Assembly (NCBI GenBank): GCA_002269645.1
Contig: NIVC01002363.1
Coordinates: 116,665-180,664 of the forward strand
Length of the DNA: 64,000 bases
Direction of reading: 5' to 3'
Origin: Macrostomum lignano
Lineage: Eukaryota
Shown here: piece after piece, positions 45,642-58,598 of the stretch
How positions within the stretch are numbered: position 1 is the first letter of the stretch
How the letters are laid out: each line of letters begins with the position of its first letter
Position numbers and translations under genes: made by a program
Notes under the pieces: generated by a model
Told to the model about the DNA's origin: nothing
Seen by the model: the letters and a program-made list of their open reading frames with translations, nothing else
Database searches by the model: none

Positions 45642-48463
45642 ATGGCCGGTGTCGAGTGTCACTCAGGCTGGTTGCCTGAAGTCAATTGCGACAGTCGAGA
45701 GATCGAGAGAATTTTGCAAGAGCTACAAAATACAAACAATACATGGATGAAAGGTTTCTGCCAGCTTGCTATAGCCCACCTGTACACTCTACCTGGCTTC
45801 TGTAATTTGACTGAAGCATGGAAGGCTCTGAATTCCGCCAGTCAGCCAGACGAAGAGGTAGAACATAACTTATTTAACCTACCGACCATTGACATTCGAT
45901 TTCTTGCCACAGCAATGAAACTAAGGCTTGAGAAAATGCAGTTAGGACACCCATCTAAGCACGAAGATTTAAAGAATGAATTAACGACTTTATGGGCAGC
46001 TCAGGATGAGTCGGTGAAGGCAACTTGCTTGGTTGCCAAAGGCTGGACGATGCACTGGTTTGCAGTCGGACCGCAGCGAGACGAAGTTTTGAAATTGTGC
46101 CACAAAGCATTAAAGGATGCTCAAGAAAAATTAGCCACTATACCTGATGATGCTGGTCAATTGAGGCATGTCAAATTTCTCTGTCTGTTTGAGCTGGCTT
46201 GTACTTACTTCCAACAGCGAGATGATCACCATAAAATTCTTCAGGAAGAGCTTGACCTGTGGACTACTACCAAAATGTTATATGATGAAAACAAATGGAA
46301 TCACCCGCTGTTTGAGCTTGACTTTTACAGGGCCGTCGCTTCCATTCCGAAACACTTTGATGACTGCAGAACTTTCGCCGATGAGAAGTATTGTGAAATC
46401 ATGAATAAGTCTAGCTTGTTGAATCAACTCTTTGAAGCTTATTGCGCTCTTCCGGAAATCTACGACGTGCTGAAGAAACAAAAAAATGGCAAAGATCTGG
46501 CAGAGGATTTTAGAACTAAAATAGGTAAATTGCTGGAAGAGGGAACCAATTTCAACGAATGCGCGATGCATAAAAGATTTTTGCGTCGAAGAATCGAGTC
46601 AACTGAATCAAAGACTGCAATCGACTTGCTCAAAAGTGAAGAGAACAAATGGAAGAACGAGTACTGGTTTGCCAATAGACTCATCATGCTAGAAATATTG
46701 GTAGATTATTCACTGGTTGAAGATTTCATGCAACGGTTCGAGTCTCTCTGTACAAACTTTCCATTAATGGCACCGGAAATGCGCTTAGAAAAAGGCATAT
46801 TTCTGTTGAAGTGCGGCAGCGTCGAAGAAGGAATGCACAGCCTCACCTGGGCAATGAATGACTATCTGCATCCTCCGCTAAACTTTAAGCCTTACTACTC
46901 TAGCAAGCTAAAGGATGTAGAGTCGTTCTTGAAGGATTCTGAGCGTGATTTGTATCTGATTTGGATTGAAAGTCAGTTTAAAACTGATTTTAAGACTTAT
47001 CACTTCGATGACTCCATTCGAAAGTACCGGACTGAGCTCACAAGGAAAGATCTGACGAACAAACATCGCCATTTCATCAGTGAGCACATCGGAAGGCTGC
47101 TGATGAAGAAGTCGCAATTTGAAGAGGCGGAGCAAAAGTTCAAGTCTCTGCCTGACGCACTTGAGCACAAAAACGCAATGATTGCTGACTCCCTCTTGTG
47201 TCAGGCAGAGAGCTTGTCGAGCGGTGATGACGTCACAGAAGTATGCAAGGCCAAGCTACAGGAGTATAAAGCACAGCCAGATAATGCAGTTCACACAACC
47301 AGCATCGGGATGCGGCTGTACCTGCTGAACGAGTGTGCAAAGCTAGGCTGCAGAGACGCCATTCATGAGGCTCTGCTTCTGCTGGAGGACATCCGGAAGC
47401 AGAGTGGCGGAGGTCACTTGTTGCAGCCAGCTCCAAACCATTTGTTCCTGCACAGCAGTCGCGTCTACGTGTTCTGCTCCCGGCTGCTTCAGCTGAGAGA
47501 GCAGGGCTTCCATATCGAGCGAAGAAAAAGCTTTTTGGACTCTGGCGGTGACCAGATGGGTGACATGCTGGACAAAGTAGAGCAAATCTTGGCCACTGAG
47601 TTGTATCCAAGAAGAATTCGACTGAAAATGACACAGCTGGGCTTGAAGTATGAATCAGTAGAGGAAATGCTTCAGAGTCCCGAGGCTGAGCGCAGCATTT
47701 GGCACACGCTGGAGGAGTCCCGAAAAGCACTCGATAGCTTCTGGACTCAATTCGTCTCTAAAGTAGAGAAGCAGGAAGCTGTCTCTGAGTCGAAGAATGT
47801 TCCCAGATATTACCCATTTGCCCGCCGTGATTCGAAAAGCAGCACTGAAAGCTTTTCAAACCTTTTCAAAAACAATTGGAGCGATCAAGCAAAACTGTTT
47901 ACTTCACTACTTCAAAGCATGAAAAGCACTGTTGATTGCCTCACCCAGGCTGAAGAGAATGGAGTTGAACTTGATGCATGCGTGAGTTCTCTGGAAAATA
48001 TTAAAAAAGCTAGGTTAAAAGATGAAGTATCAGATGATCAGCTAAACGATTTCAAACAGCAGCTGGAGAAGCTCAAGAAATTTCGCAACACTGCAAAAAG
48101 TTCCGCAAGTAGTAGTCAGTCAAAGCAAACAGTCTCAATCGACAAGCTTAGAAAGTCAAGTGAGAAATTTATCAAAATGCTACAGAAACCATTCCCTCTC
48201 GCGTTTCGAGCGAATGACGAAGTCTGTGATTGGATGATCCGGAAGGAAGAAGCCATTGATTCCAACCACGGTTGTTGGCACGTACACTGGTGCAATGAAG
48301 TCAACTCAGTAAGCACGATGAGCAGGTTAATCTTGCCAGATTCAACCAAGAAATCAAAGAAAGATTTGATCAGAAGAAGAGTGGGCCAATTGATGTTCTG
48401 GCTTTGGCTCATTGCGCTGCGGAATTCGCTGAAGATGCCAGGCTCGTTCTAGAAGAGTACACG
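45642..48463 (+). CDS. TPR-like + putative HEPN-like RNase + CCCH protein, coding exon 1 of 4 (1-nt disruption at ~48311)
   Basis: 936-aa ORF with TPR-like helical pairs; LEESRKALD, YYPF, LQKPF, WCNEVNS; the shifted frame continues KHDE..LEEYT for 51 open codons to donor ACG|GTAAGT. Confidence 0.8.
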
Positions 48464-49524
48464 GTAAGTTTTTCTTAATTCCTTTTTTAAGAATCAAGAG
48501 AAACTATTTTTAATTGGACATTTTAAAATGGAGATCATCGAACAAAGATTATTCAAATGCTGTTTTCAAGCTCTTTTCGATAGTGTAGCAGGTGTAATTT
48601 TACTTATTTGTTCGATCTCGCAATTTCCACTAAATACCACCAAGTTGTAGCAGATTTATTTGTTCTGCCTAATTGAATCCCCCGTTTGTCACTAAGTTAT
48701 GACTCTTTCCTAGGAAATTTCCTGGTTCACTAGATTTCTTTGAAATCTCGTGGTAGCGATGAGTGCCCGAGCGGTAAGACACTGTTCTAAATTGCTAAAT
48801 TAAATCCAAAATTACAGCGTTCCCGGGGATCAAGGGTGTCCAGCGGCAAGCCTTAATACCTAATATTTGTCTGTCTTCTAATGCCTAATAATTTAATGAA
48901 TCTTATGACCTTCTTAATACCCCTTGAACCTGTACGGCTTTATCTCTACTTCTGGGTCTGTACGACCTTTATTGCCTGTACGGCCTTTTCCCTACTTCTG
49001 GTATAAGAAATGAATAAGCAAAGATCATCTCTCAGCAAAAATTTCCTTTATCAAAAGAGGTAAGCTAGGAAGGAACAAACTAGAGCTTGTTATGTTATGT
49101 TATAAGAAACGAGACCAAATGGCTTGCTAAGTTGTGTCGACAGCTCTTGACTCAATCGATAAGTAAGCGAGGTCTTTTATTAGTTAATTTGCAAGTACGT
49201 ACATTTAGAAAGTACAGTGCATCGCGTATATGTACATAGAGCGCTCAATGCTAACACAACACCTCCCTACCATAGAATGGGAAATATAAAAATATTCGAA
49301 AGAAAAAAAACCTTATTCGATCACGACATCTAACAAAAACGATTAAAACTAACGAAGCAATCGATAATAATCGTCGAACTTGAAAAACAAGATTAGGGGA
49401 ATAAAAAAACAAAAATCTAAATTCTTAAATCAAAATACTTCATCTTAAGCTTTACGAGTTATTAAGCAAAAATCAATTAAACCTTTTAGTTAAATCAAAG
49501 ACTGGCATTTACATTTATACTTAT

Positions 49525-52500
49525 TTAAAAACTGTCCTGATACCTCATCGGCTTCTTGATGAGTCGCCACTTGGCTGTGCGATATTCGATCTGATCAGAT
49601 GCAGAGGCCGGCTGCGCTGAGGCCGGCTGCGCTGAGGCCGGCTGCGCTGAGGCCGGCTGCGCTGATTCGTCGAGATTTTGATGTACATCTAGTTCTTGGT
49701 GATATTCGTCAAAAGGAACTCCAATTTTCCGTAGTCTGAGAAATCGTCTGTTCCGTCTGAGAAGCTGACCTGTCTCCGTGCGGACGAAAAAAGATCTTCT
49801 GGAGTCGCCCACCTCACTGTCGACCTCAGCCGCCATCCAGTCTCGGCGACCACGCTGAAGCCACACAGGGTCGCCAACGTTCAGTTGATGAAGCGGGCGA
49901 GCACCACGATTGTAAAGTTGTGCCGCTCGGTTGCGCTGATTCTCGAAAGCCTCAATACTAGCTTGAATGTGGGTCTCTTTAGGACGAAGATCTTGGAAAG
50001 TCGCTGGCAGATCACACCGCAGTTTTCTTCCGAATGCCATCTCAGCAGGACTCGGAAAGCCGCTTCCAATCGGTGTGTTTCGATAGTGCAACATGGCCAT
50101 TTCAAAGCTTTGCCCAGTCTCGTGGCACTTCTTGATCATGTTCTTGGCTGTCTGCACGTACCGCTCGGCTTTCCCATTAGACTGCGGGTAGGTCGGACTG
50201 GAGGTCCTGTGCTTTACTTTAAAGATCGATAGCATTAGCTGGAACTCGCGAGACGTGAATTGTGGACCACCATCACTGATGAATTTCTCCGGGACTCCCA
50301 AGTTCTGAAAGTGCTCGCGGAGAATTTGCACGACAGCTGATGTCGTGGTTGACCGCAGTCGGTTAATGCTCATCCAGTGACTGTAGAAGTCTACGTAGAG
50401 CAAATAGGTTGCACCAGAGAACTAAAAAAGATCCGCTGAGCATACTTGAAACGGAAAATCCGGGAATAACCACCGACATTAGTGTCTCCTTTGACTGTGT
50501 CTTCATGTTTTTTTGACACGACTCACATTGACCTACTGTGCGCTCGATGCAGTTGCGCATGCCAGGCCAATAAAAATAATCTTTCGCCTTTAGGTCCATT
50601 TTGACTATGCCTGGATGGCCGGCGTGTAAAATGTTGAGAACGCTTTTTCTTGAGTTTCCTATGGGTACGTAGATTCGATATTTAAGACAGAGCAGGCCTG
50701 CTACCTCGGTCAGATCATGCCGAACGTCCCAGAAAACCTTTAAGTCTTCAGACAGGCTCGATCGACGCTCCGGCCACCCATCTCGGATCACATCCAGCAG
50801 CCGCATGCTTGTCGCATCCGATGATGTTTCAGTGCGTATCATGTCGAGAATTTCAGCGTCACCACTGAAGCAGCGCTCCACTGAAAGGACCTGCCATCTA
50901 GAGCTTCTTGAAGCTGCACTGCCAAGTAGTCCGTCGGCCCGTATGCTCGGCTCAGAGTGTCGGCCACGTACAACTCCTTTCCTGGTGTGTACTTGACCCG
51001 GGTGTCATACGGTTGCAGCTGTAATAATAGGCGCTGAATTCTGGGAGTAGTGTCACAGAGCGCCTTTTTGAAGATTGCTTCCAGTGGCTTATGATCACTC
51101 TGTTCTTGAACTGTGCGGCCCCACAGGTATCGATGAAACTTTTTGCAGCCGTATAAAATAGCTAGCAGTTCTTTTTCGATTTGTGCGTATGCTTTTTGAG
51201 CGTCTGTCATGGCTGACGAGGCAAAATCTACCGGTCGGTCGTCTTGAAGTAGAACAGCTCCGATGCCACTCTTGCTTGCATCCACTGAGACAACCACCGG
51301 CTTGCTGACATCAAATGTTGCTAGAACGCGCTCAGAGCAGAGTTCAGTGATGATGGAGTCGTACGCCTTGTCATGCTGGTTCAGCCAGCTCCACATAACG
51401 TCCTTTTTTAGTAGATGTCGCAGTGGCTCTGCAGTCGAAGAAAGGTGTGGGCAGAACTTAGCAAGATACGTAGCAAGAAGCAAGAACTTAGCAAGATAAG
51501 ATACGTAAAAATCGTCTCAGCTGTTCTCGCTTAGCTGTTATGCTCTCAAAATCATTCGGCCGAGTCATTTCTTTGATTGCCTTAACTTTTCCTGGGTCTG
51601 CTCTTAAACCCATTCGATCCAAGGATATCGCCTAAGTAGTTCAGCTCTGTTAAGCCAACTCTCATCTTCAGTGGGTTCAATGTGACATTTGCACGGCTGC
51701 ACTGCTCAAGAAGGTCACGGACGGCTTGATCATGCTCTTCGACAGTTTGACCCCACACGATAATATCGTCGAAAAAATTCTTAGCATTTTTAAGTGATTT
51801 GTGACATTTTCCTCCATACGCTTCTGGAACACCTCGGGAATTGAGCTGAGTCCATACGGAAGACGTTTCCAGCGGTAACGGCCACACGGTGTGTGAAAAG
51901 TGGTCAGAAACGAGCTTTATTTGTCCAGCTTGAGTTGATGAAAACTCTCATTTGCGTCAAATGAGCTGTACATTACAGCTCCAGCTGTTGCTATTCGAAC
52001 CTCCGCTGTCGGTATCGGGTGGTATTCTCTAATTATGAATAGGTTCAGATAGGTCGGGTCGAGACACAGTCTCATTGATCCATCCTTTTTCCATACTATG
52101 GCGACATTCGAGACCCATTGTGTTGGCTCATCAACCCGAACGATGGTGCCATCTTTCTCTAGTCATTCAAGCTCGCACTTTAGAGGCTGGTATGCTGCAA
52201 ATGGCACCTTTCGAGGTGGCTGAACCTTTGGAACAGCGCTATCGCTTAGCCGAATCGTATAAGGTTGACTCATACAGCCTACACCGTTAAAAACTTTGGC
52301 GTAACTAGTTTTCAGTTGGCCTGGAGTGAGCTGTGATGGCTTTGTGACCTTAGCGAAAGTCTTTGGACTTTGTTGGATACTAAATAACTTTTTGATTAAT
52401 TCTAGGTCTTTCAGTGCAGACTTGTAGCCAATTATTGGCGTCGAGTTCTCGCCTACTACCACTAGCTGAATTCGGAGATTCTTTTTGCAGGGTGATAACA

Positions 52501-53547
52501 CAGTCAAGTGTGTGACACCTACATCATCCAGCTGCTGCTTATTGTACGTCATCAGTGTCCATGAGGTTGGCTCGATCTGAGCCTTTGGAGCCAGCTGAGT
52601 TAGGTGCCTCAATGGTATGACGTTGACGTCTGCCCCTGTGTCGACCTTGAACAGCAGCTTTCTGCCAGTCTCTTTAACAGTCAAACTCACCATCATTGGG
52701 GAATTGCTAGTTGGTGGATTATCCTGGCCGCAGTTTGGCTTCTCCAGCGTCATGATCGATGCCGACATAGGAACTAGAGACTCGTCTTCTTCAACCAGCT
52801 CATTAATCTTCTTGGACGAGCGGCACATTCATTCTTTCGACCACAGGTGCTGCATTGCTTTCCATAGGCCGGACACTTGCGTCGTTCGTGTTGGTAACCA
52901 CAGTAACCGCAGCTGCGTCCCGGTGGCTTGAATTGGCTGGCTGACCTTGAACCGCGTCCACTGATGAAGATGTCGCACTGAGTGGAATTCGACTTGGCTT
53001 TGCTAAGGCTCGAGCTTGTCGCTTTGATGTCTCAGAAGCTCGTCCGATTTGAATCGCACGGTCCAGTGTGAGCTTTTCCTCCCTCAACAGTCTTTTTCGA
53101 AGTGCTGGGTCGTTGCTCCCGATGACAATTTAGTCTCTAATGACGCTGTTGACGATATTCTCCCGATTTGCTGGCTTTTCGTAGTTGCATCGTTTTATTA
53201 ACTGACGCAGAGAGCTAACAAACTGATGGAATTCCTCTGCATCACCTTGGACTCTAGTCCTGAAATGATAGCGCTCAAATGTCTCCTTAGAGTTTGGCTC
53301 ACAATATTCTTGAAATTTTGCGACTACCTGCTCGTATGTCTTTACTTCCTCTGCTGCAAATGTTGAATAGATGTCTTGCCCTTCGGCTCCTAATGCAGTA
53401 AGAAGTGTTGCAATTTTCACTTCGTCGTCCTCGCTCGTCTTCTTGGTAGCCTTCATTTAGAGATCAAACGCCATTTTCCATCTTGGCCAATTCTCCGCAC
53501 GGTTTGTATCAAAGGCGATTCGGTTCTGGAGGCCTCAGACCATCCAT
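49525..53547 (-). pseudogene. Gypsy gag-pol, multiply frameshifted
   Basis: gag MDGLRPP.., protease DTGADV, RT FFDDIIVWG, RNase H VDAS/SDHKPL, integrase H..H..C..C and ISDGGPQF spread over 7 ORFs. Confidence 0.88.
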
Positions 53548-53556
53548 GCTTATTTT

Positions 53557-54975
53557 ACAAGTAGTATGAAGACGCACACGTCTTTTTGCCACCAGTGAAC
53601 GGGCTTCTTTTTAGACGTGGGTCTTCATACTACTTGATAAACCTAGTTTTGTACCGATAAAAAAGAACTGAGAATCTCAAGAAAAATTTAAATCTCTACT
53701 TATCCCATTTTTCTCTTTGTCTGTTCTGTTTTTCTCCTCTCTAATCTCTCTCTAGTCTCCCCTCTCCTCTCGCTTTTCTCTCGCCTTGCCTTATCTTTAT
53801 CTCCTCTTTTCTCTTCTCTATCTATTCTCTTTCATTTCCTCTCTTATCTGTCCCGCAACCATGAACTGGAATCTTCTACAATAGGCCCTCGATCTAAAAA
53901 AATTGTCTAAAGTCTCTAGAGCGTAGCAGGGTTATACAACTCCATTTAAGCTGGTTGTTTCGGCGCAAGATCCTCTAGCATCAGCTTAAGTGCTTGGAAA
54001 GCCAGGCCAGTTTTGTGGGACCTAATACTCATACTGACTGATACTATCAATCAGATAGTACACTAAACTGACATAAGATACGGGGTTGCAAAAAAAGCTA
54101 TAAATAAAGTTATTCCAAAACTGTACATACCTACTTAATAAGCCGCGTATCGCCTGACCTTTTAGCCTGGGGGGGGGATGTACACATAGTGACTTGGAGC
54201 AGCGAAATCAGACGGCGGCAATATAGACCAATATAGTACAGCAACTATGCTATAGAAATTCGAAATCGGCTTATTCGCACCATGTTCTCAAAATTATAAT
54301 GAGCAATAATGCGAAAGTCATGTGATTTTTTGAAAAATCGATTTTTTCGGCACTGCAGAATCGTAGGGAAACAAAACTTTAGACACTTGTAGATTTTTGC
54401 ATTGCGCATCCAACTGCACTGCTTTGAAGCCCAAACTCAAAAAGCTTCGTAGGAAAAATTGGCGAAATAATAAAATGAAGGTCATTTTTTACCCAAAAAA
54501 CCCACCAAAACTGCATAAAGACGCCGAAATAAATTAAAGTGCCATATACCATTTTGTAGGAAATTTAGTTTTACAACTTTGATCCTTAGATGTCGAAGCC
54601 GTATCTCGTAAGGTGTACCAGAATTTTGAGATCTCCCAGAAGCACTTTTGAAAAAATCGTCTTTCCACTTAATTTACGGCTTAGTAATAAAATCTCTGCA
54701 CTTAAAAGTATATTCATTCGATAGATTTAAAAGTTTTCTATCGATCAACACCTCACTCAACTCAATCGGTGCAGTGGTTGCAAAACAGGAGCATTTTTTG
54801 GCGAAAAAACGTGAAATTTAAAAATGCTATGTAAGAGTCTAACTTATTTACTCGTAAATACTTTCTAGCCCATGTCGGCCTTCGGCCGCCATGGGTAGAA
54901 ATTATTCACTCGCCCTCGGCCCCTAACGGGGCCTCGGGTTCTTTCGCTCTCGGCTCGTTCACTGGTGGAACTAGT
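53557..54975. mobile_element. Non-autonomous Helitron2/Helentron-like element, copy 1
   Basis: Asymmetric 13-bp sub-TIR CCACCAGTGAACG (53589, 54956); 16-bp terminal stem; CT-rich tract; inserted in a T run without TSD. Confidence 0.65.
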
Positions 54976-55291
54976 TGCAACTTAAGCTTGCGACGCCATG
55001 TTATGTTATAAGAAACGAGACCAAATGGCTTGCTAAGTTGTGTCGACAGCTCTTGATTCAATGGATAAGTAAGCGAGGTCTTTTATTAGTTAATTTGCAA
55101 GTACCTACATTTAGAAAGTACAGTGCATCGCGCAGATGTACATAGAGCGCTCAATGCTAACAAAACACCCAAGTTAGATGGTTTTATTTTCATGCCAGGC
55201 GAAGCTTTTATATAATAAACAAAGGGGGTGTGGGGTGCATCGTAATTGACGGGGACAACTCAAAACTAAATTAGATAAAATTTTTAACAAA

Positions 55292-57503
55292 ACAAGTAGT
55301 ATGAAGACGCACACGTCTTTTTGCCACCAGTGAACGGGCTTCTTTTTAGACGTGGGTCTTCATACTACTTGATAAACCTAGTTTTGTACCGATGAAAAAG
55401 AACTTTGAGAAGCTCAATAAAAATGTAAATCTCTACTTCTCCCATTTTCTCTCTTTGTCTGTTCTGTTTCTCTCCACTCTAATCTCTCTCTAGTCTCCCC
55501 TCTCCTCTCCTCGCTTCTAGCTCTCGTTTTATCTCTTATCTTCTCTTTAGTCTTATCTCTTCTCTATTCTCTTTCTCTCTCATCTGACCCGCAGCCATGA
55601 GCTGGAATCGAGTCTTCCATAATAGGCTTTAGAAGGCCTCGATATAAAAAAATTTCTAATGACTCCAGAGCGTAGCAGGGTTATATTTTGCAAAGAAAGC
55701 TATAAATAAAGTCTTTCCAAAACACTGTACATACCTACTTCAGAAGCCGTATCGCCTGACTTTTTAGTCGGGGGGAGGATTGTACACGTAGTGACTTGGA
55801 TCTTGCGCCCGACAAACTTTGTACTGGGCTTGCAATTCAAATGTGCCTGTTAAAGAGCTAAATTTAATACGAAATTCTAATCACGTGACGCCCGTTTATC
55901 GATCTAATTTCCCTTGGTCTGTGTGCGAGTCAAATGAAGCTCTATTACACGCCCTCCAAACCAAGCCGCCAAGCCCTCTCGCGTTGCCACAACCCCACTT
56001 GGAAGGGACGGGTGTGTACATTGTATGTACGATTATTCCTTCCTTTCCTTTCCTTTCTAACCAGCTTAACTCAGCCCAACGCCAAAGCCATGCAAGCAAT
56101 CGCATGCAAATGCAAATTATGCAAAGCGGTATGCGGCTTAATCTGATGAATTTTGGTGCAAAAAATGCATTTTTACCTCAAAAGAACATCGAATGGTTAT
56201 GAAACTCAAGAAATCTGTTAAATTAGCTGTATGGAATACTGTGCATTGGTTTCAGTGCAAAATTCTTACCATTTCCAGTTTAAATAGCCCCGAAACTAAC
56301 ATAAAAGTAAAAAGTCAAGTTTTCAGTTTTTTATCGATAATTTTTTACCCAATGAACCGAATCTCTAGAAATTGCACACAAATATGCCTCGTTATGTGGG
56401 AAATCAGGCGTCATTAAAATCTTGTCGTCCTATTGCGTTATTTTGCCTGATTTCAAGCAAAATATAAAAAAATCACTACTCTGATCGATTTCCAATCACT
56501 TTTGACACATGAGCACTTGTTGCAGACACTCAAAAACTTGGTAAATTTTAGCCAGACATTAGTACAACTAATTGCAGTGTCCGCATTTGATTTACCATTC
56601 TTTTAAAAATTTAATCACCCTTTTTTCTGGCACCCAATCAGCCAAAAATCACAAATTATCGATTTCTGATCGATTTTTCAACCCGAAAGCAGCGAAATCA
56701 GACGGCGGCAATTTAAACCAATATAGTACAGCAACTATGCTATAGAAATTCGAAGTCGGATTATTCGCACCATGTTCTCAAAATTATAATGAGCAATAAT
56801 GCGAAAGTCATGTAATTTTTTGAAAAATCGATTTTTGTCAATTTTCTCAGCACTGCAGAAGCGTAGGAAAACAAAGCTTTAGACACTTGTAGATATTTGC
56901 ATTGCGCATCCAACTGCACTGCTTTGAAGCCGAAACTCAAAAAGCTTCGTAGGAAAAAGTGGGGAAATAATAAAATGAGGGTCATTTTTTTACCCAAAAA
57001 ACCCACCAAAACTACATAAAGATACCAAAATAAATCAAAGCGCCATATACCATTTTGTAGGAAATTTAGTTTTACAACTTTGATCCTCAGATGTCGAAGC
57101 TGTATCTCGTAAGGTGTACCAGAATTTTGAGATCTCCTAGAAGCACTTTTGAAAAAATCGTCTTTCCAGTTAATTTACGGCTCATTTAAAAAATCTCTGC
57201 ATTTAAAAGTACATTCATTCGATAGATCTAAAAGTTTTCTATCGATCGACACCTCACTCAACTCAATCGGTGCAGTGGTTGCAAAACAGGAGCATTTTTT
57301 AGCAAAAAAACGTGAAACTTCAAAATGCATAAGAGTCTAACTTATTTACTCGTAAATACTTTCTAGCCCATGTCGGCCTTCGGCCGCCATGGGTAGAAAT
57401 TATTCACTCGCCCTCGGCCCCTGGCGGGGCCTCGGGTTCTCTCGCTCTCGCCCGACGCCGCCTTCGGCGGCGCCGGGCTCGGCTCGTTCACTGGTGGAAC
57501 TAG
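55292..57503. mobile_element. Non-autonomous Helitron2/Helentron-like element, copy 2
   Basis: Same termini and sub-TIRs (55324, 57485); ~890-bp extra segment 55801-56688. Confidence 0.65.
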
Positions 57504-57870
57504 GATTTATAACAAATAATACCGTATAAAACAAAGGATTTCTGATTGCTTGCTAAATTAGATTCGAATGTAGCTACTTATAGTAATACAATGGGGATTG
57601 GCCAGACCTTACATCAATAGCAAAAGCAGACGTGTGAAATATTTTGCTAAGCTTTGACGTTAGCATAAACTTAAATTCACTTAGAAGCTCGGCTGAAAAT
57701 AGAAAATACGGACTCTATTCCACTTTTTCTATTTTAAAATTTTAAAGAACCGAAAGTAGTGATGTAAAAAAATTGCTGACATTTGCAAACATTTAATTTT
57801 CCGACAGATCTATAAAACTCGGTTTACAACAAATATACGCTTGTATCATAAAACTAAATTCGATTTGCAG

Positions 57871-58507
57871 TACCCAGAGGTAATCATTCCAACGAAGCCA
57901 GACGCCATCGGCGAAAACTTCGAGTGGAGCCTGGTCTGCTACTCGTGTGCTCAGCCGAACGACGTATTGCGCAGCAGATGGCACCGCTTGCAGAATGAAT
58001 GTGCCAACTGTGACAAGTGCATTCTGCTGGTCAGAGAGAAGGCCAGTGTGGCACCAAGTGACGTTTGGCAGCGTGTCCGACCCAGACCAAGGAAACTCGT
58101 CAAGCTGGACATGTGCAGGAGATACAGCGATATAGAATCCTGCAACGGTTGCAATCGTTCTGAATGCGACTTTGCCCATGGAGACGCGGAGCTGCGGCAG
58201 TGGGAGCTGGAGAGAATCGGCAAATTCTCCTTCAACAAGCTGCTGGAGTCCAATCGATCAGCTGGGTCAGAACTGCCGCTGATTCTCTGCGAGCGACCTG
58301 CGGTCGAAGGAGGCTCGGAGACCCGAATTTTCTACACGGGTCCGGAGTCGCTTCCCGCCAGACTCCCTGCTGGGAAAGCACAAAATTCCTGCTATTCGCT
58401 CTGCAACTCTCTACTTGAAGGAACTGAGTGCCAGCATCAAGGCATATGCTTCAGTGCTCACTGTGCTGAGGAGGAGCAGCTGTGGAACATCATGCAACAG
58501 AAAAGAG
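57871..58507 (+). CDS. TPR-HEPN-CCCH protein, exon 2 (zinc ribbon + 2 CCCH fingers)
   Basis: TTTGCAG acceptor phase 0; CYSC..CANC, WQRVRPRP..CDFAHGDAELRQW..ER, C-x8-C-x5-C-x3-H. Confidence 0.85.
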
Positions 58508-58598
58508 GTTAAATCGAGATGCTTACAGAATTCTAATCTTTACGTTATAGCTCGTAATATTGAATAACGCTCGTGTTACAATTCATTAACTGTTTTAG

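Larger units (their letters stand above)
49093..55167 (-). mobile_element. Degraded Ty3/Gypsy LTR retrotransposon inside an intron
   Basis: 169-bp LTRs TGTTATG..ACA at 49093-49261 and 54999-55167; PBS TGGCGTCG; PPT after 49261; no matching TSD. Confidence 0.9.

Noticed and set aside
48295-48320. Programmed -1 ribosomal frameshift to reach the KH motif
   Set aside because: No X XXY YYZ slippery heptamer and no obvious downstream stimulator.
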